Assembly: GCF_001194135.2 (NCBI RefSeq) | Contig: NC_068988.1 | Coordinates: forward strand, 96,539,743 to 96,603,742 | Reading direction: 5' to 3' | DNA length: 64,000 nt | Origin: Octopus bimaculoides | Lineage: Eukaryota | In this document: positions 13,511-25,684 of the stretch, piece by piece | How positions within the stretch are numbered: the first letter of the stretch is position 1 | How the letters are laid out: the number at the start of each line of letters is the position of its first letter | Notes under the pieces: generated by a model | What the model was told of the DNA's origin: nothing | The model's database searches: none | What the model saw: only the letters and a program-made list of their open reading frames with translations | Translations under genes and position numbers: made by a program

Positions 13511-13722
13511 AAGGGGTGTGATCTGGTAGAATCGTTAGAGCATCAGAAAAACTAGTTTCGCAGTGTTTGTTCTGGCGCTCTACGTTCTGAGTTCAAATCC
13601 CGCTGAGATTAACTTTGCTTTTTATCTTTGCAGGGTCGATGAAATAAAGCATCAGTAACGTACTGGAATCGACTAATTCCCTTCGCATCAAAATTTCTAG
13701 CGTTGTGGCTCCGTTAGAAACA
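13511..13722 (+). mobile_element. SINE family B, degenerate near-full copy
   Basis: TGGTAGAATCGTTAG head, TACGTTCTGAGTTCAAATCCCGCTGAG B-box region, GGGTCGATGAAATAAAG and tail remnant. Confidence 0.75.
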
Positions 13723-14124
13723 ATTACGCGCCAATTTCTGCTTTCAGCAACAGCAGCAGATTGTAATATAAATATCGAATGCAGGGGGAAGACCTCCCAG
13801 CCATTAATTTTCGTGGCCATGGTCGTTGTACTGGACTCCCATTAGCAGTTTTAATATGTCTTACTGTCAAAATCGCGGAGAGCGTTGAAGAGGTTAAAGT
13901 TCGACTTATTTCACTCTCTCACAAATAAATGACCGAACAGACACACCACCACCACCACCACCTCCACCAACAACGAAAATATATACGTACATATATAAAT
14001 GGATATATATACACACACACGTGTGTACATGCACACACATAATATATCCATCTATACATAGAAATATGTATATACATATATGTATGTGTGTGTGTATATA
14101 TATGTACATATGTGTACATATCTG

Positions 14125-14172
<48 letters not shown>

Positions 14173-14182
14173 NNNNNNNNNN

Positions 14183-14230
<48 letters not shown>

Positions 14231-14337
14231 GCTACTGGTATAGGCGCGTTCATGCATAGTCCACCGGGAACTGTATTTGATGAGTCTGTAGCAGTTCATT
14301 CTTTCCAATTGCTAGAAAGACAGATGGATAGAGAGAC

Positions 14338-14369
<32 letters not shown>

Positions 14370-14790
14370 GAGGAGATGAAGAGAAATAAAGAGGAAGAGA
14401 GAACGCTTACAGTGTTAAAAGCGCACAATAGCGATTAGAGGTGAATTTTGTTGCGAAAACACGAAAGCCTTGGAGAGGTCAGAAGAAAGCATGAGCGGGG
14501 TGGAGGGCGGGGGTAACGAGGTGCCATTGCATGATTTGCAAACTTTTACTGACAGAAATCATTCTTCCTCATCTTTTCCTATTTTTCTCTCAGTGAAACA
14601 AGACTCCCCAAGAGATTTGAAACCGGTTCACGAAGTATGGAGTATTACTGTTTACTATCTGAACCCGTCACTGGCTGTATGGTCGAGTGTGTCTGGGTAG
14701 ACATACAGTGTACGTCTTTGAGTGTTTGTGTGAGTGGGAGTCAGCCTCGATAAGGGGATACTTACAGTTGGGTGCAATCAAAGTAATAGC

Positions 14791-14833
<43 letters not shown>

Positions 14834-14910
14834 AAAAAATAATAATGTTGGTGATGATGATGATGGATTTCGAGTTAAGTAACTGAAAGAATGTAATCCG
14901 ATTAAATATA

Positions 14911-15030
14911 GGAGTGGCTATGTGGTAAGTAGCTTGCTTACCAACCATATGGCTCCGGGTTCAGTCCCACTGCATGGCACCTTGGGCAAAAGTCTTCTAC
15001 TATAGCTTCGGGCCGACCAAAGCCTTGTGA
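14911..15030 (+). mobile_element. SINE family A, 5' fragment
   Basis: GGAGTGGCTATGTGGTAAGTAGCTTGCTTACCAACC...GGGTTCAGTCCCACTGCATGGCACCTTGGGCAA...GGGCCGACCAAAGCCTTGTGA. Confidence 0.9.
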
Positions 15031-15238
15031 GATTCAACGCGACGCCATTCCTAACTATTAACATCTGTTGTCAAACCCAACAACAACAACAACAACAACA
15101 ACGACCCTTCACAATACTACCCTAAACTCACAAGTAATAGTCGTACGTTTAACTGCACAAATAGGAAAAACCCCACCTATCTGTCTGTCTGTCAATCTAT
15201 CTATCTAGCAGTCTGTCTGTCTATCACTCTGTCTCTGT

Positions 15239-15254
15239 CTCTGTCTCTCTCTCC

Positions 15255-15308
<54 letters not shown>
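15239..15308. repeat. (CT)n microsatellite / polypyrimidine tract
   Basis: Dinucleotide run preceded by (TCTG)/(TCTA) repeats. Confidence 0.9.
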
Positions 15309-15309
<1 letters not shown>

Positions 15310-16069
15310 GTTACTTCAATTTACGATTCTAAAATTCGTTATCGATTCTTATCAAGGAAAACAAGACTTGACATTTGAATAGGCAACGTTTTCCCTCACC
15401 TGTCTTCCTTTGTATTTTCCTTGGCATTTTCCTCTAACCCACCTGCCATTCTGCATACATATCCACATCTGGGTTGTACACTTATTTAATGGTCTTCCCA
15501 CAGGTAAGGTGAAATTTTTTATGTTCGTCGCCCGCAAATATCTTTGCCAGTATATACACACACAGCGAAGAAATATGTAAATAAGGCAGTAGAATGGAAG
15601 ACGGGTTACAGCGTCCCGGGCCATCAAAGACAAACCCAGCAATTCGATGAGATTGGCTGGGTTCATTTAGTTCATGGGGAGGGTAGGTATTAAGTGCAGA
15701 TCATACAAGATTAAAATACTGCTTGTGTCCAGCAAGTCCCTTACAACAATATGATCATGTGACCCTTCTCACGTCATATATAATTTGCCAAATCTCCAAA
15801 TTTGAATTTTCTGGACATTCAGCCTGGGGGCTCGCCGAGGAGGTGCCAAGGACTTATTGGAGAAATCCATTGGGTGGCATTAATCTTGGGCCACCTGTTC
15901 TTGGCATGCAATTTCTCCTGTGGCCACTTCGGCGCCGTTAGTGGAGACGAGATCGGTTTTGATGAGTGACCTCTTTCTTTCATGTATCTTCTTGTTTTCT
16001 ATTTTGGTCTCCGTTGCCTGATTCATCCTCTCTATTTACTATAGATATATTATTGAGGCTATATGTATG

Positions 16070-16107
<38 letters not shown>

Positions 16108-16276
16108 TATATGTATATGTATGTATGNNNNNNNNNNNNNNNNNNNNNNNNNNNNNNNNNNNNNNNNNNNNNNNNNNNNNNNNNNNNNNNNNNNNNNNNN
16201 NNNNNNNNNNNNNNNNNNNNNNNNNNNNNNNNNNNNNNNNNNNNNNNNNNNNNNNNNNNNNNNNNNNNNNNNNNNN

Positions 16277-16354
<78 letters not shown>

Positions 16355-17172
16355 TGTATGTATGTGTTTGAGAGTTGTGTGATGTGTGTACATATGTACA
16401 CATGAATACAGCCGCCCACATACACGTGCAAACACACTTCTGGAAAGGTTAACAGGTGCACGCAATTCACTTTGCCCAGTGAACATGTTTTGACGGAATA
16501 ATATTTCGACTCCTTTCAAGTCAATCACTTTTAAAGAGGTTTACTGTTTTCTTTCCACTCAACTGTAGAATGTTCTAGGTGTCTTTCCTTTGTAAATACA
16601 CTCATTTAGGGCTGCTTATCCTATTTTCCTTTTCCTTTTTTTCTTAATTTAAATGTTTATATTTTTGTGTTTTTGTGTTTAATTCTGTTTTGGTCTTTTT
16701 TTTTGTGATAGTCGACGTTGATCTTGTCGTACACATATTTATTGATATTATCGGTCGTCATCGTTGTTGTTGTTGCTGTTGCTACCCTCGCTGGATATGT
16801 TTTTTGCTGATAATTTACTTCCTTGCCGACAGATGTTAATGAAATTGTATTTAGTTTTGAAGTCGATCAGTGGAACTAATTAAAAAACTATTTTTGCCTA
16901 ATAACAATTTTTCGTTCGTTTGTTTTTAATATTTTTTTCACGTTTCGATCGTTTATTGATTTCTGGCGAATCTCTTAAGATGCCACACTTTTAAGGGATC
17001 GGAAATCAAATTTTATGATCTTTGAGCCCCTCCTATATTAGAATCACCGTAATCCAGTGACACCATCCACGTGAAAGAACTACAAGTTCAGTTGGTATAT
17101 TTAATGGAAGGCGTAATTCAAAGACAAACTAGAAACAATTATGCACTGAAAAAAGTACAGTATACAGTGTCA

Positions 17173-17697
17173 GCACAGGGGTGGCTGTGTGGTAATCGAA
17201 CATTGTAAATAATTTTTATTGTGTATTTAAAATTGTAAATATTTAATCGATACAGCTTCTTCACCCCTTTTATGTTTGTCTGTCCTTGTTCGTCCCCTCT
17301 TTGTAATGCCTTTATGGCAAATATTTATGAAATAAAGAAGTTTGCTTTCAGACCACATGGTTCCAAGTTCAGTCCCACTGTATGGTACCCTGGGTAAGTG
17401 TCTTTTTCTGTAGACTCGGACCGGCCAAAGCCCCTTGTGAATGGATTTGGTAGACGGCGTGTGTATATGTGTTGGTGTGTGTGCACACGCACATGTGTGT
17501 GTGTGTGTGTCTGTGTCTATGTTTGTCACCCAACACTGCTTGACAACCGGTGTTGGTGTGTTTATGTCACCGTAAGCCAGCGGCTCGGCAAAGGAGAACG
17601 ATAAGATAAATACATGGCCTAAAACAACTAAATGTTCTTCAGAGCAGTGCCCCAGCATGGCCTCAGTGAAATGATTGAAACAAATAAAAGATAAAAG
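17173..17697 (+). mobile_element. SINE family A, full length, interrupted by a 141-bp insertion (17196-17336)
   Basis: The head GCACAGGGGTGGCTGTGTGGTAA stops at 17195 and resumes as GAAGTTTGCT at 17337. The body continues to CCAGCATGGCC.CAGT.AAATGA.TGAAACAAATAAAAGATAAAAG. Confidence 0.85.
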
Positions 17698-17815
17698 CTG
17701 AAAAGATATTAATCAATGTCTAACATGGACAGTCAGCTTCTTTACGCCAACAAAAGAACAACGTTGGACGTTTATAAAATGAGTTCTTCATTTTGGAAAG
17801 TACACTGGAATTTAT

Positions 17816-17859
17816 GCTTTGCTGATGAGGTCAGAATAAGACTAAAGCATGTACGAAGC
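17816..17859 (+). ncRNA. Decayed minimal type I hammerhead ribozyme motif
   Basis: Stem I GCTTTG/CGAAGC (6 bp, one G-U), CTGATGA core, stem II GGTC/GACT, then AAA-GCATGT-A. Three transitions separate it from an ideal GACC-GAA-ACATGT-A. Confidence 0.6.
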
Positions 17860-18262
17860 CGTCTTCGCTACATGATAGAAAAATGAAACCGATTTACTTC
17901 CTTGTCTAATAGTTTTTTTTTCTTTCTTACAACTACCAATATTTCTAGTTAGCTTTTGGAAACATTCTGCGTTAAATATGCAACACAGGTTTACCTCGAA
18001 TAAGTGAGTGAATATAAACGATTACTAGAAAATTGGTGTTCAACGAACCCTGGTCCAGGTATTTCGCTTTGTTTTTGGAAAATGTATTTAATTGTTTACA
18101 CCTCGCTTAAAAGATAGGTTTTGTATCGATTTAGACTGATGAATTCTCCGTTCGATTAACGGAATCAGCAGCTAATTTGTTAATCCTGTTAATCAACGCG
18201 TTCCTTTCATATCTTATAATAGATATTATCGATACTTAATAAAACCAATCTGAATATAACAC

Positions 18263-18414
18263 AGGCGCAGGCGTGGCCGCATGGTGAGAAGCTTGCTTCC
18301 CAACCACATGGTTCCGGATTCAGGCCCACTGCGTGACACCTTGGGCAAGTGTTTTCAGGCCAACCAAAGCCTTGTGAGTAGATTTGGTAGACAGAGACTG
18401 AAAGAAGCCCATCG
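18263..18414 (+). mobile_element. SINE family A, 5' half
   Basis: AGGCGCAGGCGTGGCCGCATGGTGAGAAGCTTGCTTCCCAACCACATGGTTCCGG...CACCTTGGGCAAGTG...GAAAGAAGCCCATCG, followed by (TA)n(TG)n and a gap. Confidence 0.9.
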
Positions 18415-19599
18415 TATATATATATATATATATATATATGTTTGTATATTTGTGTGTGTGTGTGTGTGTGTGTGTNNNNNNNNNNNNNNNNNNNNNNNNN
18501 NNNNNNNNNNNNNNNNNNNNNNNNNNNNNNNNNNNNNNNNNNNNNNNNNNNNNNNNNNNNNNNNNNNNNNNNNNNNNNNNNNNNNNNNNNNNNNNNNNNN
18601 NNNNNNNNNNNNNNNNNNNNNNNNNNNNNNNNNNNNNNNNNNNNNNNNNNNNNNNNNNNNNNNNNNNNNNNNNNNNNNNNNNNNNNNNNNNNNNNNNNNN
18701 NNNNNNNNNNNNNNNNNNNNNNNNNNNNNNNNNNNNNNNNNNNNNNNNNNNNNNNNNNNNNNNNNNNNNNNNNNNNNNNNNNNNNNNNNNNNNNNNNNNN
18801 NNNNNNNNNNNNNNNNNNNNNNNNNNNNNNNNNNNNNNNNNNNNNNNNNNNNNNNNNNNNNNNNNNNNNNNNNNNNNNNNNNNNNNNNNNNNNNNNNNNN
18901 NNNNNNNNNNNNNNNNNNNNNNNNNNNNNNNNNNNNNNNNNNTATAGCTTATATTTACAGAAGAGATTTAAGAGTGAGGTATGATAAAATTATCAAAACA
19001 GAGTTGACCACTCCCATGAAGATGATAGAATGGAGGATAAATGAAATAAAGAAGAAAAAAACACCCCACACAACAAGATGTTGTTTTGTCGATGTTGTGT
19101 TGACGTCATCACAATCATCGCAATTACTAATGGCAGCTTGGTTCAGGTCGACTCCAGAGTTTTCATGGAGAGAGAGAGACGAGTGATAGGAATATTTTGG
19201 CGAACAACTCGAGCTGTCAGCAGAACAGCTTTAAATGAAGTGAGAAAGACAAATCCGTGCTGTCAGTGTCTCCACTAAAGTCAGCTGAAGTTATCCTATC
19301 GTTCGTCTATTCTCGTATGGTAGATAGTTGTTTTATCAGAGCGCGAAACATCAATAGCAATCAGTCGAGACCTTTTACTAAGTTATCTACCGGAGTGTCT
19401 TTGAAAAAGAAACAACAACACACATGGGAATGCATACGCGAGCGTGGGGTGATGTGAGAAATTTATCTCTGTATATGTGTATGTATATACATGTGTATGC
19501 GTAGAGTGGAGTCCCTGTATACGAACAACATCAGATCCGGGGGGCCCGTTCGTTAACTAAATTGATCGTTACATGAACCATTGAAATACATATATAATC

Positions 19600-19824
19600 A
19601 GAAGTGTCCGGCTCTAAACCACACCCATACACCACATATCATTTGGTAAGCCGTGTCGATTTTACAATTCTGTAAATAATAATATTTCATAAGCTTAAAG
19701 CTTATAAGCGATTGGGGCCTATAAACCCTCGACGTAAAAACGTAGAGTTTTCCAGACGCGTGGAACTGGAACCCACACATTCATGTTTTCGCGACAAGTG
19801 TGCTACCATTACACCAACGTACCC
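19600..19824 (-). mobile_element. tRNA-derived SINE-like element (provisional family G)
   Basis: The minus strand begins GGGTACGTTGGTGTAATGGTAGCAC (A box) ... GTGGGTTCCAGTTCCAC (T arm / B box). The acceptor 3' strand does not pair, so it is not a functional tRNA. The downstream boundary is uncertain. Confidence 0.6.
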
Positions 19825-20009
19825 CTCGCTTCTTTCCGTTAGATTTAAGAACTATACTTTTATACATTTATAGTATTGTTTTTTTATAAATAACATATAT
19901 GTGCGTTTTCTGTGGGAAACTTGCAGGTGAATACCAGGATGGATTCAGAGAACTTTCTGGACAAGAGACCAGGAAACTATGCTGGTTCTGTGGAGAACAT
20001 CTGTTCTCA

Positions 20010-20202
20010 TCCGTTACGGCGCCGGGAAAAATAATCAGCCGTATTTCGCCTGTCTTTACGTTCTGAGTTCAAATGACGCAGTGTCGGTTTTCCTTTTCAT
20101 CCGTTTTGGAGCCGATAAAAAAAGTACCAGTTTAGCTCTGGATTCAGTGGAATCGGTTTACATCCTCCCCCGAAATTTGTAGCCTTGTGCCAAAACTTGA
20201 AA
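20010..20202 (+). mobile_element. SINE family B, degenerate (tail type i)
   Basis: GTATTTCGCCTGTCTTTACGTTCTGAGTTCAAAT...TTTCATCC...AGTACCAG...GCCTTGTGCCAAAACTTGAAA. Confidence 0.75.
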
Positions 20203-20954
20203 CTAATAGAGATATTATGAATGGCGGGGATCACTAAAATTGGAAAAGTATATAAATGTAAAAGTTGTTGTTTCCGCCTAAATATATATATGTATATANN
20301 NNNNNNNNNNNNNNNNNNNNNNNNNNNNNNNNNNNNNNNNNNNNNNNNNNNNNNNNNNNNNNNNNNNNNNNNNNNNNNNNNNNNNNNNNNNNNNNNNNNN
20401 NNNNNNNNNNNNNNNNNNNNNNNNNNNNNNNNNNNNNNNNNNNNNNNNNNNNNNNNNNNNNNNNNNNNNNNNNNNNNNNNNNNNNNNNNNNNNNNNNNNN
20501 NNNNNNNNNNNNNNNNNNTATATATAGATATATATGTGTGTGTATGTATGCATGTTTGTATATATGTATGTATACATATATGTTTGTATGTATGTATGTA
20601 TGTATGTATGTATGTATGTGTGTTTACGAGTAAGTGGACAAACAAAAGAAAGAAGCACTCAACACATTTATTAGCGGTTTATATATTAATGGTTAATAAA
20701 AATTTGTGCATGTATGTACATGTATATGTGTACATACACACACATACACACACACGCACACATACACACATATATATATATACACACACATATATACACA
20801 CACACACACACACTCATCTTCTTATGTAGTTTTTCTTGATACTCCTGTCTTGCTGTGTTTCACTGTCCGCCACACATTTTCTTTATAATAATAAATAGAA
20901 CAATAATAAAACTAATGGGTTCAAACGAGACCCGCAGTTATCGCGGGGCGGAAA

Positions 20955-21018
20955 AAGTCGATTACATTGATACTTGAAGGGTACTTATTTTATCGACCTC
21001 GAAAGGATGAAACGCAAA
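20955..21018 (-). mobile_element. SINE family B, internal fragment
   Basis: AAGTCGATTACATTGA...GGTACTTATTTTATCGACCTCGAAAGGATGAAA. Confidence 0.7.
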
Positions 21019-22177
21019 GGATAGGGAAGAGGAAGACGACGACAATAGCAAAAGTTTATTGTACACTAAGAAAATATTCGTCTCTTGTAATTCGCTGACT
21101 TCGCCCTCCCCAACGATAAATCCCCGGCTCCAATGAGACAAAAACACCACACCATGATCCCTGACAGGAAGTATTTTGCTTCATTTCACAGACTTTCTCG
21201 CTAACCATAAACAACAGCATTCTGGACCTCGTTTTAAAAAAAATTATTGCATTAGTCATGCAATGCAAAGCCGATTCCAATCATTATCTTTAAACACAAC
21301 AGATCAATTAACATTGTCAGGGAGCATTAAGCTTAGCGTTCTAAAAAAATAAATATATAAATAAGATGCAAAACTCTAGAACTTTCTAAGCTGAATTTCC
21401 AAAAGACTCAATGGAAATCAGTTCAGATATCTGTGAGTAAAAGTGGTTCCAAACCCGTTCTGCGTCCGAAATAATACAACGTAAGAAATTGATGTCAATA
21501 TCGCTTGCTTTATGCATTTAATGTATCCCAATGAGTATTGCTGATGACGTTCACAAAAATATCATTTGTAGGGAAGGGAAAATTCTCATGAGACAAAGAG
21601 CGGAATTGTAAATGAATAGAAAAAAAAATATAGTCAAAAGGTCACTCATATCTGTATTGAAAATATATTAAGGGGCTCCCATGAAGATGACGAGGCAATA
21701 AAAAAAATATGGAATGTAGAAAACAGAGGAACCAATCCCAAAGTTTCCTACAGATTTCCACTAAGTTTCCACAGAGAAACTGAGCCTTTGCATCGCAAAA
21801 CAACGCCGTTATTTGAAGAAGGTGGATCACTCACAGCAGACCTCATGGTGTAATTAAAAATACACAACGAACGAATATGTGTGACGCTATTTTTACCATC
21901 ACAAATGCAAATAGGTAAGCAAAAAGCGTTCTTCGACTCTGTTAATTTGCAGTAGACACTGGACAATTAATAACATTAATGTAATATATGATGAAGCAGT
22001 AGCAAGTGTGTAGTGAGGCTAAACGGGGAGGTGGGGGTCAGAGGCTGCTGGTTTCTTCAACAAATCTAAAGATATGCAAAAAAAGATTCCAACCAAATGA
22101 CTTTAATTAAACAAAATTAAATTTTGAATTAAAAGCAGATCCGATAATGTAAACGCTATCGGTCGCACATACGTTGT

Positions 22178-22208
<31 letters not shown>

Positions 22209-22832
22209 ACAACCACGTGTGTATATAAACAAGCTTAGATTTGCTTTCTTTTAGAAGCGTCGAATATGCTTCGTACGATACAGACGAAGAGGTGATATTT
22301 CGAAAGCAGTATCGCCGTGTGTTTATATATATATATANNNNNNNNNNNNNNNNNNNNNNNNNNNNNNNNNNNNNNNNNNNNNNNNNNNNNNNNNNNNNNN
22401 NNNNNNNNNNNNNNNNNNNNNNNNNNNNNNNNNNNNNNNNNNNNNNNNNNNNNNNNNNNNNNNNNNNNNNNNNNNNNNNNNNNNNNNNNNNNNNNNNNNN
22501 NNNNNNNNNNNNNNNNNNNNNNNNNNNNNNNNNNNNNNNNNNNNNNNNNNNNNNNNNNNNNNNNNNNNNNNNNNNNNNNNNNNNNNNNNNNNNNNNNNNN
22601 NNNNNNNNNNNNNNNNNNNNNNNNNNNNNNNNNNNNNNNNNNNNNNNNNNNNNNNNNNNNNNNNNNNNNNNNNNNNNNNNNNNNNNNNNNNNNNNNNNNN
22701 NNNNNNNNNNNNNNNNNNNNNNNNNNNNNNNNNNNNNNNNNNNNNNNNNNNNNNNNNNNNNNNNNNNNNNNNNNNNNNNNNNNNNNNNNNNNNNNNNNNN
22801 NNNNNNNNNNNNNNNNNNNNNNNNNNTATATA

Positions 22833-22884
<52 letters not shown>

Positions 22885-23083
22885 TATGTATATAGGACTC
22901 GAACTCATGCACTTACATTCACAAATCCAACAGCCTAACCACTTGGCTGCAACTTCCACACACACACATACACACATATACATGCATACACACACACACA
23001 GTCATACACATGTACATACGCACACACATGCGGACGTAGATACACTGACACACGGACACACAGACACATACATATATATGCAC

Positions 23084-23327
23084 AGAGAGAGAGAGAGAAA
23101 GAGAAAGAGTAAGAGAAAGGGAGAGAGAGAGGATGAATGAGAGAGAGAGAAAAAGAGAAATAAGGTGGGAAAGAAAAAGAATGAGAGAGGAGAGAGAGAA
23201 AGAGAGGGAGAGAGAAAACGAAAGAGAGAGAAAGAATAAAAGAGAGAGAGGAAGAGAAATAAAGAGGGAAAGAAACAGAATGAGAGACAGAAGAGTGAGA
23301 GAGAAGAGAGATAGAGAGGCAAACAGA
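23084..23327. repeat. (GA)-rich polypurine tract
   Basis: About 240 nt of near-exclusively A/G sequence; the source of the spurious ER-repeat ORF. Confidence 0.9.
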
Positions 23328-23736
23328 TAGACAGAACGAAAGCTGTGTGTATCAGTGACTGAAAACCCGCATCTGTCTGCAGAGGAACTATCTGTATATT
23401 ATAAAACTAAATAATTAAAATCCGGAGGATTTCCTGTGCCGCAACCTAAGCAGTGCTAAATTACCAGTGGCAGGTATATTAATATGGTGCTAGCGGAGCA
23501 TATTTCCTGGCCATCAAAACTCAACACGAACAGCCAGCGTAAACAGGCGATCTATGTTAAATATTTACAATATACGCGCTTGTCTTTAACGATTGACAGC
23601 TGGGCATCACAGTCGATTGCTGTTTTGTACTAAAACAACTGATGTGGCCGATTGTACTTTCAGTAAACCAGGTGTAAAAATATTCTGTGGTGTGTAACAT
23701 ACATATTACAACCGTAGTTTCCGTATTTTCATGCTC

Positions 23737-23963
23737 GTGGCACTCCGTCGGTTACGACGACAAGGGTTCCAGTTGATCTAATCAACGGAACAACCTGCTC
23801 GTGAAATTAACGTGCAAGTGGCTGAGCATTCCACAGACACACTAACGTAGTTCTCGGAGATATTCAGCGTGACACAGAGTGTGACAAGGCTGACCCTTTC
23901 AAATACAGGTAAAACAGAAAGAGAAAGAAAGAGTGAGAGAAAGTGGTGGTAAAAGAGTACAGT
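23737..23963 (-). mobile_element. SINE family C, 5'-truncated
   Basis: Reverse complement of 25210-25443 (GTGGCACTCCGTCGGTTACGACGA...GTGACACAGAGTGTGACAAGGCTGACCCTTT). Confidence 0.9.
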
Positions 23964-24679
23964 AGTGGGGGTTCTACACGAATTTTATATAGTGGGTTGG
24001 TAGAGTCTGAATGTGACGATGGCCTGGGGGCGACTCTAGGTCTCAGGTATATTCAACTGGACTGCCTGTTCCATCGTACATTCGAGTTGAGAACGTTGGA
24101 CAACTTCCAAAATTATGTGGTTAGTATGTCTGCTAGAAATGATAGTCAAATCTCATTTAAAAGGATACGTATACATAAAACAAAAGACTACATCAGTTAA
24201 TCTAGTTTTAGATAAAAAGCTTAAAATAACCCTCCTTATAAGTTAGCTCGCTCAAGCGTAACATGCAAGTGAAGGATAGCAGCAGCAGCAGCAGCACCTT
24301 GTCGAAAATAATTTAAGATTTTAACCAATTTTATTGGCACTGTTATAGTAGATATATTTCATTACATGGATTTATTAAGAAAAACACAAGAAATCACGCG
24401 CTGTTTACATTTTGTTTTGTCTTGTTATTGATTTTCCAAGATGATGGTTTTAAGAAACTATGCATACACTTTTTAAAACAACAACAACAACTACAACAAC
24501 AACAACATGTAATTGATGTATATTAGCAGAGAAGGAATCCACAGATGTTCTACGAGTGTAGAAAGATCGTCAGAGCTTAATGGCTGTGAGCAACGAAAGA
24601 CTTATTCCATGCTTTCAGTGAGAGATTCAGATGATATGTGCCGTCTGGTGTCCGTATTCAATGAAATAATAATAATAAC

Positions 24680-24727
<48 letters not shown>

Positions 24728-25069
24728 GATTTCTTTATTAACCGCAAAGGTTTACGTTAAGAAAAACATTATGGACAGCACAGGACAAAACAAAGAACGT
24801 GTGTAGGAAGACGATTAGAGTAGGTTCTCGTTGTAGCTTATTGATTTATATGAAGGTATCATCTACTCTAAATTATGCTTCAAACATCAAAAACTAAACA
24901 TACAACATGTTTATTAGAAGTGAACATGACGGTAAAGTTGAGCCCAGAAACGAGTGATTTGTTTACTCTAGGGTGCTCTGCTTTTCAACACATTTTCTGT
25001 ACTATCGGCAAAGCATTAGTATGGGGGTGGAGTGAGTATAATATGTATACGTATCTATCTAACTATCGT

Positions 25070-25443
25070 GGAGGCGCAATGGCTCAGTGGTTAAGGCAGC
25101 GGACTCGCGGTTGTAGGATCGCAGTTTCGATTCCCAGACCGGGCGTTATGAGTGTTTATTGAGCGAAAACACTTAAAGCTCCACGAGGCTCCGGCAGGGG
25201 GTGGTGGCGAACCCTGCTGTACTCTTTAACCAAAACTTTCACTCTTTCTTTCTGCTTCTGTTGTGCCTGTAATTCAAAGGGGTCAGCCTTGTCACACTCT
25301 GTGTCACGCTGAATATCCCCGAGAACTACGTTAAGGGTACACGTGTCTGTGGAGTGCTCAGCCACTTGCACGTTCATTTCACGAGCAGGCTGCTCCGTTG
25401 ACTGGATGAACTGGAACCCTCGTCGTCGTAAACGACGGAGTGT
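25070..25443 (+). mobile_element. SINE family C, full length tRNA-derived
   Basis: A box TGGCTCAGTGG and B box GTTTCGATTCCC in the head GGAGGCGCAATGGCTCAGTGGTTAAGGCAGCGGACTCGCGG; 3' end CGTCGTCGTAAACGACGGAGTG. Confidence 0.9.
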
Positions 25444-25684
25444 CGTATCTATCTGTGTGTGTTGTGTATGTATACATCTCTGTGATGATGTATATACATT
25501 CACAAGTCTGATGAATCCACCAGTTGTTTTAGAATTCCATCAGCAATGGTTTTACAAAGAGGAATTGTCTGATATTGAAGACGATCACATGACTTCATTT
25601 CGAAAATCTTCCATATATATATATATATCAGTTGAATAAAGTTAAAACAGTCTAGTTTTAGCGTTTATTATTATTGTCCTTTAA

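Noticed and set aside
19756-19824. Functional tRNA gene
   Set aside because: The acceptor stem does not pair, the anticodon stem has a mismatch and U33 is absent. The same applies to all SINE heads in the window.
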